A stretch of 64,000 nucleotides of DNA from Amoebidium appalachense (lineage: Eukaryota > Protista > Ichthyosporea). Positions within the stretch are counted from its first letter, which is position 1, and every line of letters starts with the position of its first letter. Both the position numbers and the translations under genes were made by a program. The DNA lies in contig CAVNZM010000012.1 of NCBI GenBank assembly GCA_963693365.1, positions 3,485,617 to 3,549,616 on the forward strand, in the 5' to 3' direction. This document shows positions 28,547 to 39,532 of the stretch, piece by piece. The notes below the pieces were generated by a model. That model was not told the origin of the DNA and ran no database searches. It saw only the letters and a list, made by a program, of their open reading frames with translations.

Positions 28547-30106
28547 ATGCGTAAATATTTTCTAAGCATTACTATAATGCAGTCACGCCAACAGACTGGA
28601 GAGGAGACAATGTTTGGAGGCATCGATCAAGAGCGCATCAGAAAAAGGAGCAAAGAGCGCTTTGAAGCCTTTGAGTACCTTGGGGCTGATGCCTATAAGG
28701 GGCTGATGATGAACCCAGCCACCTGCGAATTCAGAGAGTGGACCAGAGAGGAGGTGGAAGAATTTATAGGCGCCAATGTTGCACACATCAGCGGGACAAC
28801 CCTTTTTGTACTGAAGACGTTTGACCATGAGATCAAACAGCATGTTGCAAAGATCGTTAGCAAGCAGGAAATCTATGCAACACTTTCACTCTTTTCATTT
28901 CGGCAGCCAAATATGAAGGTTGGAAAGCAATGGAAGCCCCAACCTCCAATCAACGGGACAGAAATCTTAAAAACAACAGCAATCCCTATCTATACAAAAA
29001 TCATATTTGACCCAGCTGATCCTGACCCCAAAACTGGAAAACGAAAGCCAGATAACACAGACTCAGTCTATCGTCCATACAATATCTATCGAGGACTCCG
29101 ATACAGGTTTGACCCAGAGTATTGCCTCCGTCAAGACCTGACCAGCTCGTTTCATGAACATGCCAGAACCGTTCTATGCAACGGCCGGGAAGACGAGTAC
29201 AACTATCTGCGAATGTGGGTTGCTCATCTGTTTCAGTACCCTGGAAGCAAACCAGGTACAGCGCTGCTGTTTGTATCTGAGCAGGGAACCGGAAAGAACG
29301 TGTGGTGGCAGGCAATCATGGACATCCTTTCACCCGAATACTACGCCTATGTCATTCACCGGGAGCACATGTCAGGGAAGTTCAACCAGCACATTGCAAA
29401 TAAGCTTCTTGTGCTATGTGACGAGGTGACGTGGGGTGGGTCACACGAAACAAACAACTTGATGAAGGCGCGCATTACACAGCCGACCATGATGTTGGAA
29501 AAAAAGGGCTGTGATGCAATCAATACCAACTCCTATGAGCGGTATGTGGTCTTGTCAAACGAAGATTGGCCTGTACGAGTGGAAACAAGTGATAGGCGGT
29601 GGGCATGTTTTGGTGTCAGTCCGGAGCGAATTGGTGACCACAAATACTTCGAGGCTTTTGTGGAATATCACAGACGTCCAGAAGTGTTAGAAGCTATTTA
29701 CCACGACTTCATGAGCATGCCAGACATCCCCCAAACCATGCCCAGACCTATGGATAACGACACAAAGATGAACATCAAATCGATCAGTCGGAGCGACGAG
29801 GCTCAATTTCTCAAGGACCTCATCTCGCACACAAACGGCTGTGAGGAGTTTGACTTCATTTACAGTGGCTGCGCAGTTACCCCTACAGGCTTGTTCCAGC
29901 TGTACCAAGCTTGGCACAAGATCAATGCCCGAGACACAAAACTGCCAAGCAACCGGACATTCGGGATGGCTATCAGGAAAATCCTTGGCAAGCCGAAGAC
30001 TACACTGGAAGCAAACATCTGCAGATGGCCATACCATCCCCCAACTGGCGCCAGCGCGAAGGCAGATTGCTATGTATTATGCCCCAGAGCCATTTCGAAG
30101 GCTTGA
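28547..30106 (+). CDS. D5-like/SF3 helicase (DUF5906-type), no evident primase domain
   Basis: Walker A SEQGTGKN, Walker B LLVLCDE, sensor VVLSNE, arginine finger SDRRW. Confidence 0.88.
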   Translation: MRKYFLSITIMQSRQQTGEETMFGGIDQERIRKRSKERFEAFEYLGADAYKGLMMNPATCEFREWTREEVEEFIGANVAHISGTTLFVLKTFDHEIKQHVAKIVSKQEIYATLSLFSFRQPNMKVGKQWKPQPPINGTEILKTTAIPIYTKIIFDPADPDPKTGKRKPDNTDSVYRPYNIYRGLRYRFDPEYCLRQDLTSSFHEHARTVLCNGREDEYNYLRMWVAHLFQYPGSKPGTALLFVSEQGTGKNVWWQAIMDILSPEYYAYVIHREHMSGKFNQHIANKLLVLCDEVTWGGSHETNNLMKARITQPTMMLEKKGCDAINTNSYERYVVLSNEDWPVRVETSDRRWACFGVSPERIGDHKYFEAFVEYHRRPEVLEAIYHDFMSMPDIPQTMPRPMDNDTKMNIKSISRSDEAQFLKDLISHTNGCEEFDFIYSGCAVTPTGLFQLYQAWHKINARDTKLPSNRTFGMAIRKILGKPKTTLEANICRWPYHPPTGASAKADCYVLCPRAISKA

Positions 30107-30122
30107 GTTCTTCTCCCAACTC

Positions 30123-30275
30123 CTCCCGATCGATCTCCCGATGGTATTTTAACATCGGGAGATATCGGGAGATAACGATTGGTTAAATGTCACGTGATTT
30201 TGCATTTTTATTAGTTGTTTTCTCATAGTTGCCATATTAGGTTATTTTATCGGGAGAATCGGGAGAATCGGGGGT
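30123..30275. repeat. hairpin plus ATCGGGAGA iteron-like repeats
   Basis: ATCTCCCGATG(30133)-9 nt loop-CATCGGGAGAT(30163), with outer arms; further ATCGGGAGA copies at 30164, 30249, 30258. Confidence 0.75.
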
Positions 30276-30418
30276 GGGTTTGAGCTAATGGGGCAGCAAA
30301 AAATGGAGCCATTTGATTGGAGGATAGGGTATTTCGGGGGTTTTTGCGGGGGGACACCAGAGAACCCCCGATCAGTCCAGATGGTTCACTTTTTTTTATC
30401 AAGACTTTACAGTGAAAC

Positions 30419-30889
30419 ATGGAGGCTCAGCTGGCCTTTGTGTGTGATTGGGACACCTGTAAAATGCCTTTTGATAGCAATGCAGCAATGAAGCGACACG
30501 CACTCACACACCTGGGTCACCGCCCTCATGTCTGTTCGTGGCCAGGGTGCACAAGAAGGTTTACACAAAAACACTCATTTGAGGTTCACTACCGGCTTCA
30601 TACGGGGGAAACACCATACAAGTGCAGTTGGGAAGGGTGCAACGCTGTGTTCAGGTGTAAAAGCCAATTGAAAATGCACCAGTACAAGCACACAGATGCG
30701 AGGGCTTTCAAATGCACATGGGATGGATGTGAAGCTAGCTTCAAAAACAAAGATGCACTCGTAGTGCATATGAATCGCCACACGGGGGATCGTCCCTATC
30801 ACTGTAAGGAACCAGACTGCCAGGTGTCATACCGTCAGCGTGCAAGTCTCTGGTATCACGTCCGGAAACACCATTTCGTCACCCAATAA
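30419..30889 (+). CDS. five-finger C2H2 zinc-finger protein
   Basis: Five C-x4-C-x12-H-x3-H fingers with HTGETPY/HTGDRPY linkers. Confidence 0.95.
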   Translation: MEAQLAFVCDWDTCKMPFDSNAAMKRHALTHLGHRPHVCSWPGCTRRFTQKHSFEVHYRLHTGETPYKCSWEGCNAVFRCKSQLKMHQYKHTDARAFKCTWDGCEASFKNKDALVVHMNRHTGDRPYHCKEPDCQVSYRQRASLWYHVRKHHFVTQ

Positions 30890-31125
30890 AACTGGCATCA
30901 CTGAGCAAGCAGGTCTTGCAATATGTCTCAAACAACTTGCAAAGACACCGCGCCCCGGGGCCCGGGAGGCCCGGGCGGCCTGGGAGGCCGGGCGGGGCGC
31001 AGCAGGCGCGCTCGCGCCCTGGCCCACGTTCCCTGCGTGGCGCGCCGGCCTCGCGCGCCTCGCGCGCCCGTGGTTTCTTTGATTGCTTTGCTCCCGGATC
31101 GTGGCCCAAATTATTTAGCAGGTGC

Positions 31126-32598
31126 ATGGCTATGGACACACAATGGACCGACAAGACGGTGGAGGCCGCGGACTTCTACGCATTTGTCCGGGAAGACCCA
31201 CACTTCGTCATCGTAGCACAGGATGAACTCGCACGGGTTTACCAATACAAATGGGTGCCCAAAAGGAAGACGTGTCTGTATCTCACTTTCACGTATGTGG
31301 AGCTCGATCTCGATCCCTTCTCCCTGCAATGCGTCGAGTCCATCGAGTTCAAGTTCGGGGGAAGGGGGGGCCGCTATACCGCCACGTTCCGTTTCAGAGA
31401 CCACGTAGACAGGGAAGCCCACATGCAGTCCCTGGTGTTCGACCGATACTCCTTCGAGCACGACAATGACGGACATCTCATAGACCAGGTCAAGCTTTGG
31501 TGCAGGCCGCTCGACCTAACGGCCAGGTATGTGGAGCAGATGGTCGCGGGCGCACCGAGCCCGGACTTCCACCGGGACCCACAGGCGGAGGACTTTGTTT
31601 TCAAACTGTACGAGGGCGCTGTGGGCCTGGCAGCCAGCCTGCTCCGCGCCGTCGCGGCCGGCGACCTCACCACATCCCCGGGTGTATCGGACGACGCCCA
31701 GCTCCACCAGCTGGTGTTCCTGCACACGTACCTGCCCCGCGCCCTCGTCATGGCCCCGCCCACGGGCTTGAAGGTGACGAAGCTGGATCCACCCATCGGC
31801 AGCGAGTCACAGCCACACGTCAACTGCAAGACCAAACCGCTCCGTGTACAGGTTGCACTGGGGAAACGAGGCTTCGTGGCGTACCAGAACATGCTGCAGG
31901 CCTTGTGCCAGTGGCTGACCGGTCCACAGACACGCTACTTTGCCCTGCCGATGCGCGAAGACGGTCACGTGGCCGTCGTGCTGTTTGATTCGGTGGCCGG
32001 GTCGGCCGAGTTCTTCAACGCAATGGCCCCACCGCCCACCGCCCACAAGGCTCTGGACATTCTCCTGAAGCTATACGACCCCGCCTCGCCGGGGCTGGCG
32101 GCCTTCAGGTGCGAGCGGGTCTGCCACGAGCTGCAGCATAAGCATTCGACGAGCACCGTGCTCAACAGAGACTACCCGGACGACGAGGGCGACCAGGCCT
32201 GTGTATCCTGGTGGCCCATCTACGTCCTGCTGCGCACAGCGGAGTGGGACTGGGGCGCAGACGGGCACGCCACCACCAGCCAGCGCGTGTGCAGGTACAT
32301 GACCAAGCTTGCGGCCGACCACGGCTTCCGCTCGGTCTACACCGTGGGGACGACCATGGCACTCATGGGAAAGCGCCTGTTGGAGCTGTATCGCGGGAAG
32401 GCCGGCACCATGAACCCGCGACTGGATGCGCTCGACGAGGAGGCAAAGAACGAGCTGGCGTGGCACTACGTGTTCGACAGGACGATCGCGCTGACTGACG
32501 AGGAACTCCGGGCCGCGGACATGCCCGCCCGAAGAGGCGGCGAGGTGGTCGTGGGCAACCTGTTTACCAACAAGCGCATGCGGATCACTTCAGAGTGA
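31126..32598 (+). CDS. hypothetical protein with a possible clan-CE cysteine protease domain
   Basis: GHVAVVLFD...EFFN...LQ...DQACVSWW.IY..LR gives the H-N/D-Q-C order of Ulp1-like proteases. Confidence 0.5.
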   Translation: MAMDTQWTDKTVEAADFYAFVREDPHFVIVAQDELARVYQYKWVPKRKTCLYLTFTYVELDLDPFSLQCVESIEFKFGGRGGRYTATFRFRDHVDREAHMQSLVFDRYSFEHDNDGHLIDQVKLWCRPLDLTARYVEQMVAGAPSPDFHRDPQAEDFVFKLYEGAVGLAASLLRAVAAGDLTTSPGVSDDAQLHQLVFLHTYLPRALVMAPPTGLKVTKLDPPIGSESQPHVNCKTKPLRVQVALGKRGFVAYQNMLQALCQWLTGPQTRYFALPMREDGHVAVVLFDSVAGSAEFFNAMAPPPTAHKALDILLKLYDPASPGLAAFRCERVCHELQHKHSTSTVLNRDYPDDEGDQACVSWWPIYVLLRTAEWDWGADGHATTSQRVCRYMTKLAADHGFRSVYTVGTTMALMGKRLLELYRGKAGTMNPRLDALDEEAKNELAWHYVFDRTIALTDEELRAADMPARRGGEVVVGNLFTNKRMRITSE

Positions 32599-32831
32599 TT
32601 CTTTGGTCTAAGTAGTAGACTCCAAGCAGATATAAGCTGCCACGACACCACAGGCGGGGCCTGTGAGGCCGGGAGGGGCGGCGCAGGCACGCGAGACGCC
32701 GCAGCGCGGCGGGGCAGGGGCGCCTCGCGGGCGCCCGTTGGGTTGAGAATGTCGCGGTTTATTTTCTTCCGGGTCATGAACAATATTCCACGAACCAGAC
32801 AAACTTCAACACAAAACTATACACGCAAACC

Positions 32832-34244
32832 CTACACGCCCTGTCCTGCCTCTGCGCACTGCGCTCGCTTGCCCCCTTGCCTAGCTACGAATGTGCGCCG
32901 CATGCGTTTAGTACGCGGCCTGGGAATGAGTTCCAGCTCATCCTCAATGTCTAGGGGCTTGATGCCCGGAAACTCCTTTTCAAACAAAAGCCTGGTGCGG
33001 TAGAAGCTGCACGTGTGGCTGATCTCGGGCATCTTCTCGGCAAACCACGCCTCGGTGTTGTACACCACCGTGTAGGCCATCTGTGCCGTGATCTCGGTGC
33101 AGTACTTCACCCTGCGGCCCCACGAGGCCCCCGCCCGCAGCTTGATGGCGCCTGCAAGCACGGACCTCGCCATCACGGTGTTCACGCTGTCCTCGACGAC
33201 GTGTCCCAACACTTGCACGTTGAGTATCCCCTCGACGAACTGCTGGTAGAGGGTGGTGGGGCCCACGGTGCTGCCCCTGAACAGTGCCGCCACAATGCTG
33301 TTGCCCAGGTTGAGCAGGCGCACGCGCAGGTGGGGGTACCCGTCCAGCGTGCAGCCGTCGGGGCTGCTGGGCAACACGCGCTTGTTGAGGGTGTTGGGGT
33401 CGCTCTCGAACTGCTCCATGAGGGCCACGTTGATCTGTGTGGCCTGCTGCAGCATCAGTGTCTTCTGCTTGTCCAGCTCCTTGTGCTGCATGACCAGCTC
33501 CTTGCTCTCACGCACGGCCATGTTGAGCAGGTCGATGGTGAGGTTCTTCTCCTTGATGGTCTCGTTCTTCTCCTTGAGCAGCGGCATAAGCTTGCTGTCG
33601 ATGAACGACGTCAGCATGCCCAGCATCTGTTCACCCGTGTCCGCCCGGGCCGCGCGCACCTCGTCCATGTCGATGGCCATCTTGCTTGTGGTGGCCCCGG
33701 TGTAGTTGTCGCAGATGTCGATGACGTCCGCCAGCACCGTGTAGTCGCCCGTGAACATGCGCGAGAGCAGCGCGTCCGTGTGCACGGCGAAGTCGGTGGA
33801 GACGTAGCGGGCAAGCGCCGGGAACAGCGCGATGTGAACGAAGGTGCCGCGCAGCGCTGGGTCGCCGCTCTTCTTCTTGGAGTTGGTGGTGTCGATGACG
33901 TCATCGATGCGCAGCGGACCAATGGGAGGAATACTGCCCCCAGGCAGTATTGCATTCATGCGGGACAAAACCTTGCCGATGAGTTCCATGTTCTTGCGGC
34001 TCCAAAGGACGACCTGTTTCTCCGCGCCATCCCCCGCCTTCTCGGTGTTGTACTCGCGCCCCACGTTGCACAGCATGGTGCCGTTGAAGTAGACGTGCCC
34101 GTTGGGGTAGGTGGTGGTCACGGTCAGCACCTTGTCGCCGAAGTCCATGGCGGGCGGGGCGCGCACCTCCTTGAACGCGGGGTAGGCAGGGGTTGCCGGC
34201 TGGTGGGGAGGCAGCGACCACCTCATCGTTTGGGGCAGCGACAT
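32832..34244 (-). CDS. KilA-N domain protein (intact family member)
   Basis: YFNGTMLC...W...RGTFVHIALFPALARYVSTDFA, then a coiled coil and a C-terminal domain shared with the 8704 and 45902 regions. Confidence 0.85.
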   Translation of the reverse strand: MSLPQTMRWSLPPHQPATPAYPAFKEVRAPPAMDFGDKVLTVTTTYPNGHVYFNGTMLCNVGREYNTEKAGDGAEKQVVLWSRKNMELIGKVLSRMNAILPGGSIPPIGPLRIDDVIDTTNSKKKSGDPALRGTFVHIALFPALARYVSTDFAVHTDALLSRMFTGDYTVLADVIDICDNYTGATTSKMAIDMDEVRAARADTGEQMLGMLTSFIDSKLMPLLKEKNETIKEKNLTIDLLNMAVRESKELVMQHKELDKQKTLMLQQATQINVALMEQFESDPNTLNKRVLPSSPDGCTLDGYPHLRVRLLNLGNSIVAALFRGSTVGPTTLYQQFVEGILNVQVLGHVVEDSVNTVMARSVLAGAIKLRAGASWGRRVKYCTEITAQMAYTVVYNTEAWFAEKMPEISHTCSFYRTRLLFEKEFPGIKPLDIEDELELIPRPRTKRMRRTFVARQGGKRAQCAEAGQGV

Positions 34245-34909
34245 TCATGTCGAACTCCATGTTTGTTGTTGCTTGTGTGGTACTCTGTATGCAGAATGAA
34301 GCACCGAGGTCCAGCGTCGCTTTTTAAACGAGCCGGTGGCTCACAGTCTTCATTGGAATGCGCGCTCGCCCATGCTTTGAGTTCACCAATGGGGTCTGAC
34401 CAAACCATTTGTACGGCGACGACATGTGCATCGCCCATTCGTCAAAAATCGCCCGAACAAGAGCAATGTATTTCGCGGCAACGGTGAGGGCATGATTTAT
34501 TCCAAACCTGAGCAATCCACATTCCTGTGACGACATGTGCATTGGTGTGTTGGGACGTGGAGTGTTTATAGACCTGTGTATTTGTACCATACGATTGAAG
34601 TAAGACACGTAGGTTGCCTGCGGCGATAACACAGCCCGTAAATTTACAATAAAGCGGAGAACTCGTGTAACATGGGTCCATTTATGACACAGAACACGAG
34701 ATACTAAAATATACAACGACCAGCAGGACACGATGCCACCCGCCCCACCAACCCGACCTAACAAGACCGCGCCACCGGCAGCGGTCAAAAAGAAGTACGT
34801 ATCGGCGGACCGGTGCCCGCACAAGTCCAAGGGGTGCAAACTAGCGCAGCGGTGCCCCGTGTGCACGGGAGTCGCCCCGCGCATGAACCCATACATGCAA
34901 CGCGTCCGC

Positions 34910-36601
34910 CTAGTGCAGCACCGAACACGACCGCGCAGTGACAACCCTGCGGACCCAATCGGGCAGGTCGGCGCGCTCGACGCGCAGGTCGGGCAGCATC
35001 GGGAGCGGCCGGATGTCGCCGAAGGAGTGGTCGAGGCTGCGCAGGAGCTTGCGGAGGTCGCGGGCCTGCACGGCGTGTTGGTTGCTCCTGAGCCAACCGA
35101 CCGTCGCGTGGATGAACGTGTAGAGGTGCAAGACGTTCACGTCGAGGATGCGCTGGGCGTCGAAGCCGCTGTCGGCAAACACGCGGTGGTGCATGGCGAG
35201 GAACAGGAGGGCCTCGGCGTGGCCGGCGCAGAACGCACAATAGCGAAGGCCGTCCGGGAGACGCAGGTTGGCCAGGGCCATGGCCAGGGAATGCAGGGTC
35301 TTGCCGGACACGGTGTCGGCCGGGGCCAGGGTGGACACGACAAAGGGGAAGAACGTGGCGCGGACGTGCCTGGTAGCGTCATCGATGGTGGCGGCCAGGC
35401 CGTCTCCAACGCGGAAGGCAGCGGCAACCTCGTCCTCGATCATCTTGAGCCGCGCTGACTGGAACCAGGCGACAAAGGGCGCGACCTCGGCGACGCGGTT
35501 TGCTTGGAGGAGCTTGAAGACGGCAGCGGGCGACACGAAGAGCTCGTGGCCCTTGTAGAAGTAGTGGGCAGTGCCCTGCAATAAAGACCGGTCAGTCGGA
35601 ATCGACTAACTGCTTACAGCCAGCCGACCAAGACGGATCGGCTGGCGTGTAGGGGGGTGGGGGGGTGCCCTTTATGGGACTCGCCGCGCATACACAATCC
35701 AACAGCGCCAGAAAGGCCATACCGGAGGCAAACGCAACAAAGGCCACACACACAAACACGCCAAGCATGACCATTGCATTTGCACGGAAAAATAACACAC
35801 CTTGCCTTGCTGCACTTCAGTCACACGGGCGACCGCGACGTTGCCCATCAGCTTGTGAAGGTCGGATGGCTGCGGGCATGAGAAAAAGGGCATGAGCGTG
35901 CGGGAGTCCACATAGAAGGTGCAGTCCGCGGCGTAGGGGTTGGTGCACGCCACCAAGGACGCTCGCCGGAAAATGGTGATGGACGCGAACGCAGCGTGCA
36001 CGTTGGCAGGGGGGGCCGGGAAAGGCCCCACGCAGCGAAGGGTGTCGACGGGCCGGCGTGGCGGGAGCTTGACGTCCGGGATCACAGGCCCCTCCCCGAC
36101 GCGAGCCTCGTCGAGGACGGGCTCGGGCTGCTTGTACGGGAGGTGGGCGTCGGCGGCCACCTGCTGCGCGGCCTGGTCGGCGGGGGGAGGGGGGAAAGCG
36201 AAGGGGAACGACAGGGGCGCGGGCATGTACGCAAAGGGATTGAACATCGGGGGCATGGGCGCGATCGGCTGGAACGCGCTCGGCGGTGGGGCGGGGGTCG
36301 CAGACGCGACGGTGGTGTCGCTGGAGAGGCGTGCACGCTTGAACGACAGCGAACCAAAGAACGGGGTCGCAGGGATCGACTCGTTGCAGACGAGATCCGC
36401 GTTGCAGGGCCGTGTGGGATCAAGGGGCTTTTGGATGTTGGCGACCACGGGCGCTGTTCCGGCCTGTGCTGGGACAGAGGGGGGCGACACGGTGGCTGGG
36501 AGCGACGGTTGGAAGTCGGTATCGACGGGGACAGGCGGGGGCGGGCTGTATCCAGTATCCAGGGCACAAGCGCCCGACAGGGAGTCGAGATCGGCGTCCA
36601 T
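34910..36601 (-). CDS. predicted spliced Bro-N-like protein (exons 36601-35801, 35641-35618, 35575-34910)
   Basis: Two phase-0 GT-AG introns join the ORFs in frame (496 aa); LFVSPAAVFKLLQANRVAEVAPFVAWF resembles the Bro-N C-terminal motif. Confidence 0.6.
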
Positions 36602-37121
36602 GAGGAAACAGCTGAAGTCCTCGGCCGTGCACGGGGGGATGTCATCGAGCGAAAACGGGTTGTCGGATACCCGGAAACAGGGCAGTCATGTTGGATGGGG
36701 TTGTGGGCGGTGCGGCACAGGCCGAGGTTTTAGCCTCGAGCAGCGCGGGCGGCGGTTTATAAGGACGATCTGGCGATGACGCAATGGGAACCGATGACGT
36801 GGCGCGGGAGCTCTTTACGTCATGGAGACACCGCGATTGGCCGGGGCATTTTGCCCCATTTGCGATTGGTCGGAAACATTGCCGTTTCATTGGCCATAAA
36901 GCATGCCAAACGCAGGGAGGGGGGGATGGATTAAAGGGACTGATCCCATAGGCCGTTACAAACAGTATTTTTATTGGACAAATGTATGGACGATCTACAA
37001 AGCAATGTGCGCGACACGGTCGCGGCCATCGACAAGCTGCTCCAGGCAGCCAGCGAGCGCGAAGCGGGGCGAGTCCGCGAGAGCATGCACGGGGCGAGCA
37101 CGGGGCACGAGCCCTATTTGA

Positions 37122-38003
37122 TCATGCCACACGGCGGCGATAGGGCGCCAGGACCGCGTCGACGACATCCAAGTCGGCGGCCGCATACACCCTCTTCTTG
37201 GACAGTCTGACCTTGCCGCCTGGGGCCTTGATGAGCTCCGTGAGGAAGGACTCGGGCTTGTCGGCCAACCGGGCCTGGACCTTGACGCCGGCATCCCGCA
37301 AGTCCCTCTCCAAGAGCGGGATGCCCAGCTGGGCTGCCCGGCCATCGATGGTAACGGACCCGGCCACGGACGGGCTTTTCTCGAGCGCGGCGAGGCGTGC
37401 AGCGAGCGCCGCCAGTTCCCTCTCCTTTGCCCCCAGCTCGGCATTCACCGCCTCCAATTTGAAGACGGCGTCCACGGCCTGTGCCTCTGCCGCGCGGCGG
37501 GACGCGATCTCGCCGGCCACGCGTGCAGCCCAGTAGTTCTGCGTGTAGTCCATTTCGACGCGGGTGCAGATCCAGCGCATGGTGGTGGTGTAGGGTGTGG
37601 CGGCTATTGCGAGGAGCAATGCAAACGCGTCGTAGGAGAGACAGCAGTCCACCACCTCGTTGCGCGACCCGTCTGGGGCCACGCCCATGTCGACAATCAC
37701 GGCCTCGAAGTGTTTGCCGTGGGTCAGTGTAGCCGTCACCAACGTGATGACACGGTAACGAAGCTGGGGACCCGGTTCCTCGCCCACCCTTACGGATGCC
37801 GGGTCGATGACGAACGGCGCGACCGCCGATGCCATGACATGGGCCCTCTTGGGGTCGCCGCGATGTTCGGCATAGGGGTTGAGGGCAGCAAGGGTGACGG
37901 CCAGAATGTCCGCGCGACGCTCGGGTGGGCCATACACGGCGGCCCAGTCGCCCATCAGCGCCATGGCCGAGGCCGCATGGACTTGGAGGAAGGAGGTGTT
38001 CAT
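37122..38003 (-). CDS. MSV199/AntA-like DNA-binding protein plus coiled coil
   Basis: CCLSYDAFALLLAIAATPYTTTMRWICTRVE resembles the l..d.fk.l.m...T.....R.yf..vE pattern. Confidence 0.5.
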   Translation of the reverse strand: MNTSFLQVHAASAMALMGDWAAVYGPPERRADILAVTLAALNPYAEHRGDPKRAHVMASAVAPFVIDPASVRVGEEPGPQLRYRVITLVTATLTHGKHFEAVIVDMGVAPDGSRNEVVDCCLSYDAFALLLAIAATPYTTTMRWICTRVEMDYTQNYWAARVAGEIASRRAAEAQAVDAVFKLEAVNAELGAKERELAALAARLAALEKSPSVAGSVTIDGRAAQLGIPLLERDLRDAGVKVQARLADKPESFLTELIKAPGGKVRLSKKRVYAAADLDVVDAVLAPYRRRVA

Positions 38004-38192
38004 GTTGTTGGGATGCGGACGATCGTTGTTGGTCTTCGGCACGCCGCACATTGGAACCAGAAATACACATTTCCGGGCGGCCGTGCTTACGTAATGAGCA
38101 GCCACGGGCGATGGCGATTGGTTGGCCACCGGGGGAGGGGTTTGATGACGCAAGGAGCCACCCAAGTGCGCTGCGGACAGAAAGCGACCACG

Positions 38193-38930
38193 CTATTGGA
38201 CGGGTCCGTGGGGTGGCTCGCGATCGGCGCGATCGTGGGCCACGTACAGAATCAGCTGCGGGTACACGAAAAGCAATGCCGTGCAGTCCTGGGCTGGTGC
38301 CCCCAGCACGCGGGCGAGGGCCAGGGCCTGCGCGACCGCGTTCAACGCGGCCGCGAAGAAGGTGGCGATGCATGCAGTGGACAGCCTGTGGGCGAGGGCG
38401 CGTGAACCGGGACTCAAAAGCCGCGAACGCGCCGCCCATATGATGTGCAGACGGGTGACCAGCAGCGCAGCGGCCAGTAGGGTGACGATCAGCCAGAAGG
38501 AGTAGAGTATCACGAGCGCGGGGTGGAAGGTGACGCGTACCGTAACGCAATCGCCGACCAGATAGGTCAGCACGATGTAGAGCAGGTACAGGCGGAGCAG
38601 GTACAGGACGCTGGAGACTAGGAAGACCGTGAGGTCCAGCCAGTCCACGTTTAGAAGGGACAGCTCCAGGGCGTGATCGAGGATGTAGGCGTACTTGCAC
38701 GCGTCCTTGAAACACCACACGAGATCTGCGGCCAGCCGGTACCCGTGCCCCTCACACGCACAATGCGTCGCAGCAATGTAATAAAGCAGAAACGCGAGCG
38801 CGTCAAGCACAACCATGGCATTGAGAAAGTCCCTGTAAACAAAGCGTACTCGGGGGGCATCCAGCAGCAGCAGGCCCAGAGTGCCGAAGGCCACCAGGCC
38901 GGCCCACTCGTTTGCGGCCTCTACGCTCAT
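38193..38930 (-). CDS. seven-transmembrane protein (GPCR-like topology)
   Basis: About seven hydrophobic segments in 245 aa; Cys before TM3 and in the TM4-5 loop. Confidence 0.6.
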   Translation of the reverse strand: MSVEAANEWAGLVAFGTLGLLLLDAPRVRFVYRDFLNAMVVLDALAFLLYYIAATHCACEGHGYRLAADLVWCFKDACKYAYILDHALELSLLNVDWLDLTVFLVSSVLYLLRLYLLYIVLTYLVGDCVTVRVTFHPALVILYSFWLIVTLLAAALLVTRLHIIWAARSRLLSPGSRALAHRLSTACIATFFAAALNAVAQALALARVLGAPAQDCTALLFVYPQLILYVAHDRADREPPHGPVQ

Positions 38931-38960
38931 GATAAACAGCCACAAAATGCACGTCTAAGT

Positions 38961-39424
38961 TTATTCGGCGGGCGGGCCCTGCATGCACTGCACGCACGGG
39001 CACGGCAACCCGGGGACCAGGTTCTCCTTGTTGCAGTCGAGCTCGGTGAGACACGCGGGCGGGGGGAAGACAAACACGGTGGCGTTGGCCGTCTTGTAGC
39101 ACGCGACGCACACGCCGGGCTGGGGGTGCAGGCAGGCCCTCACGTGGCGCGGGCGGGCCGGCTTCACCACGGGACGGCTGCGTGGAAGGGGTCGTACGGG
39201 CGGCATCGCGCGGCAGCGGGCGGGTCGGGGGCGGTCGGGCCCAGCAGGATGTGGCGCTGGCACTCGTGCAGCGCGCGGTGGATGGAGCGCAGGCGCTCGC
39301 CCGTGTCGGCGTGGTGCTGCGTGGAGAGCATGCGCAGCTGGAGCAGCAGCAGGTCGCACAGGCGCTCGCTTTCCTCGGCGACGGCGAGCGACAGGCGGGT
39401 GAGGTACTGGTGGTCGTCCGCCAT
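38961..39424 (-). CDS. Cys-rich RING-like protein with an apparent frameshift (about 39180)
   Basis: The MADDHQY ORF is followed in another frame by ACLH...VCVAC...CPCVQC. Confidence 0.45.
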
Positions 39425-39532
39425 CAGGTGTGGCGTGACCGTTGCACTGGGGCGTGCGGCGGTTTAAATATGCCGCGCGAAGTGGGCGTGCGGGCAGCGA
39501 TTGCGTCACGGGCGTGACGTCATCGGATCCGT

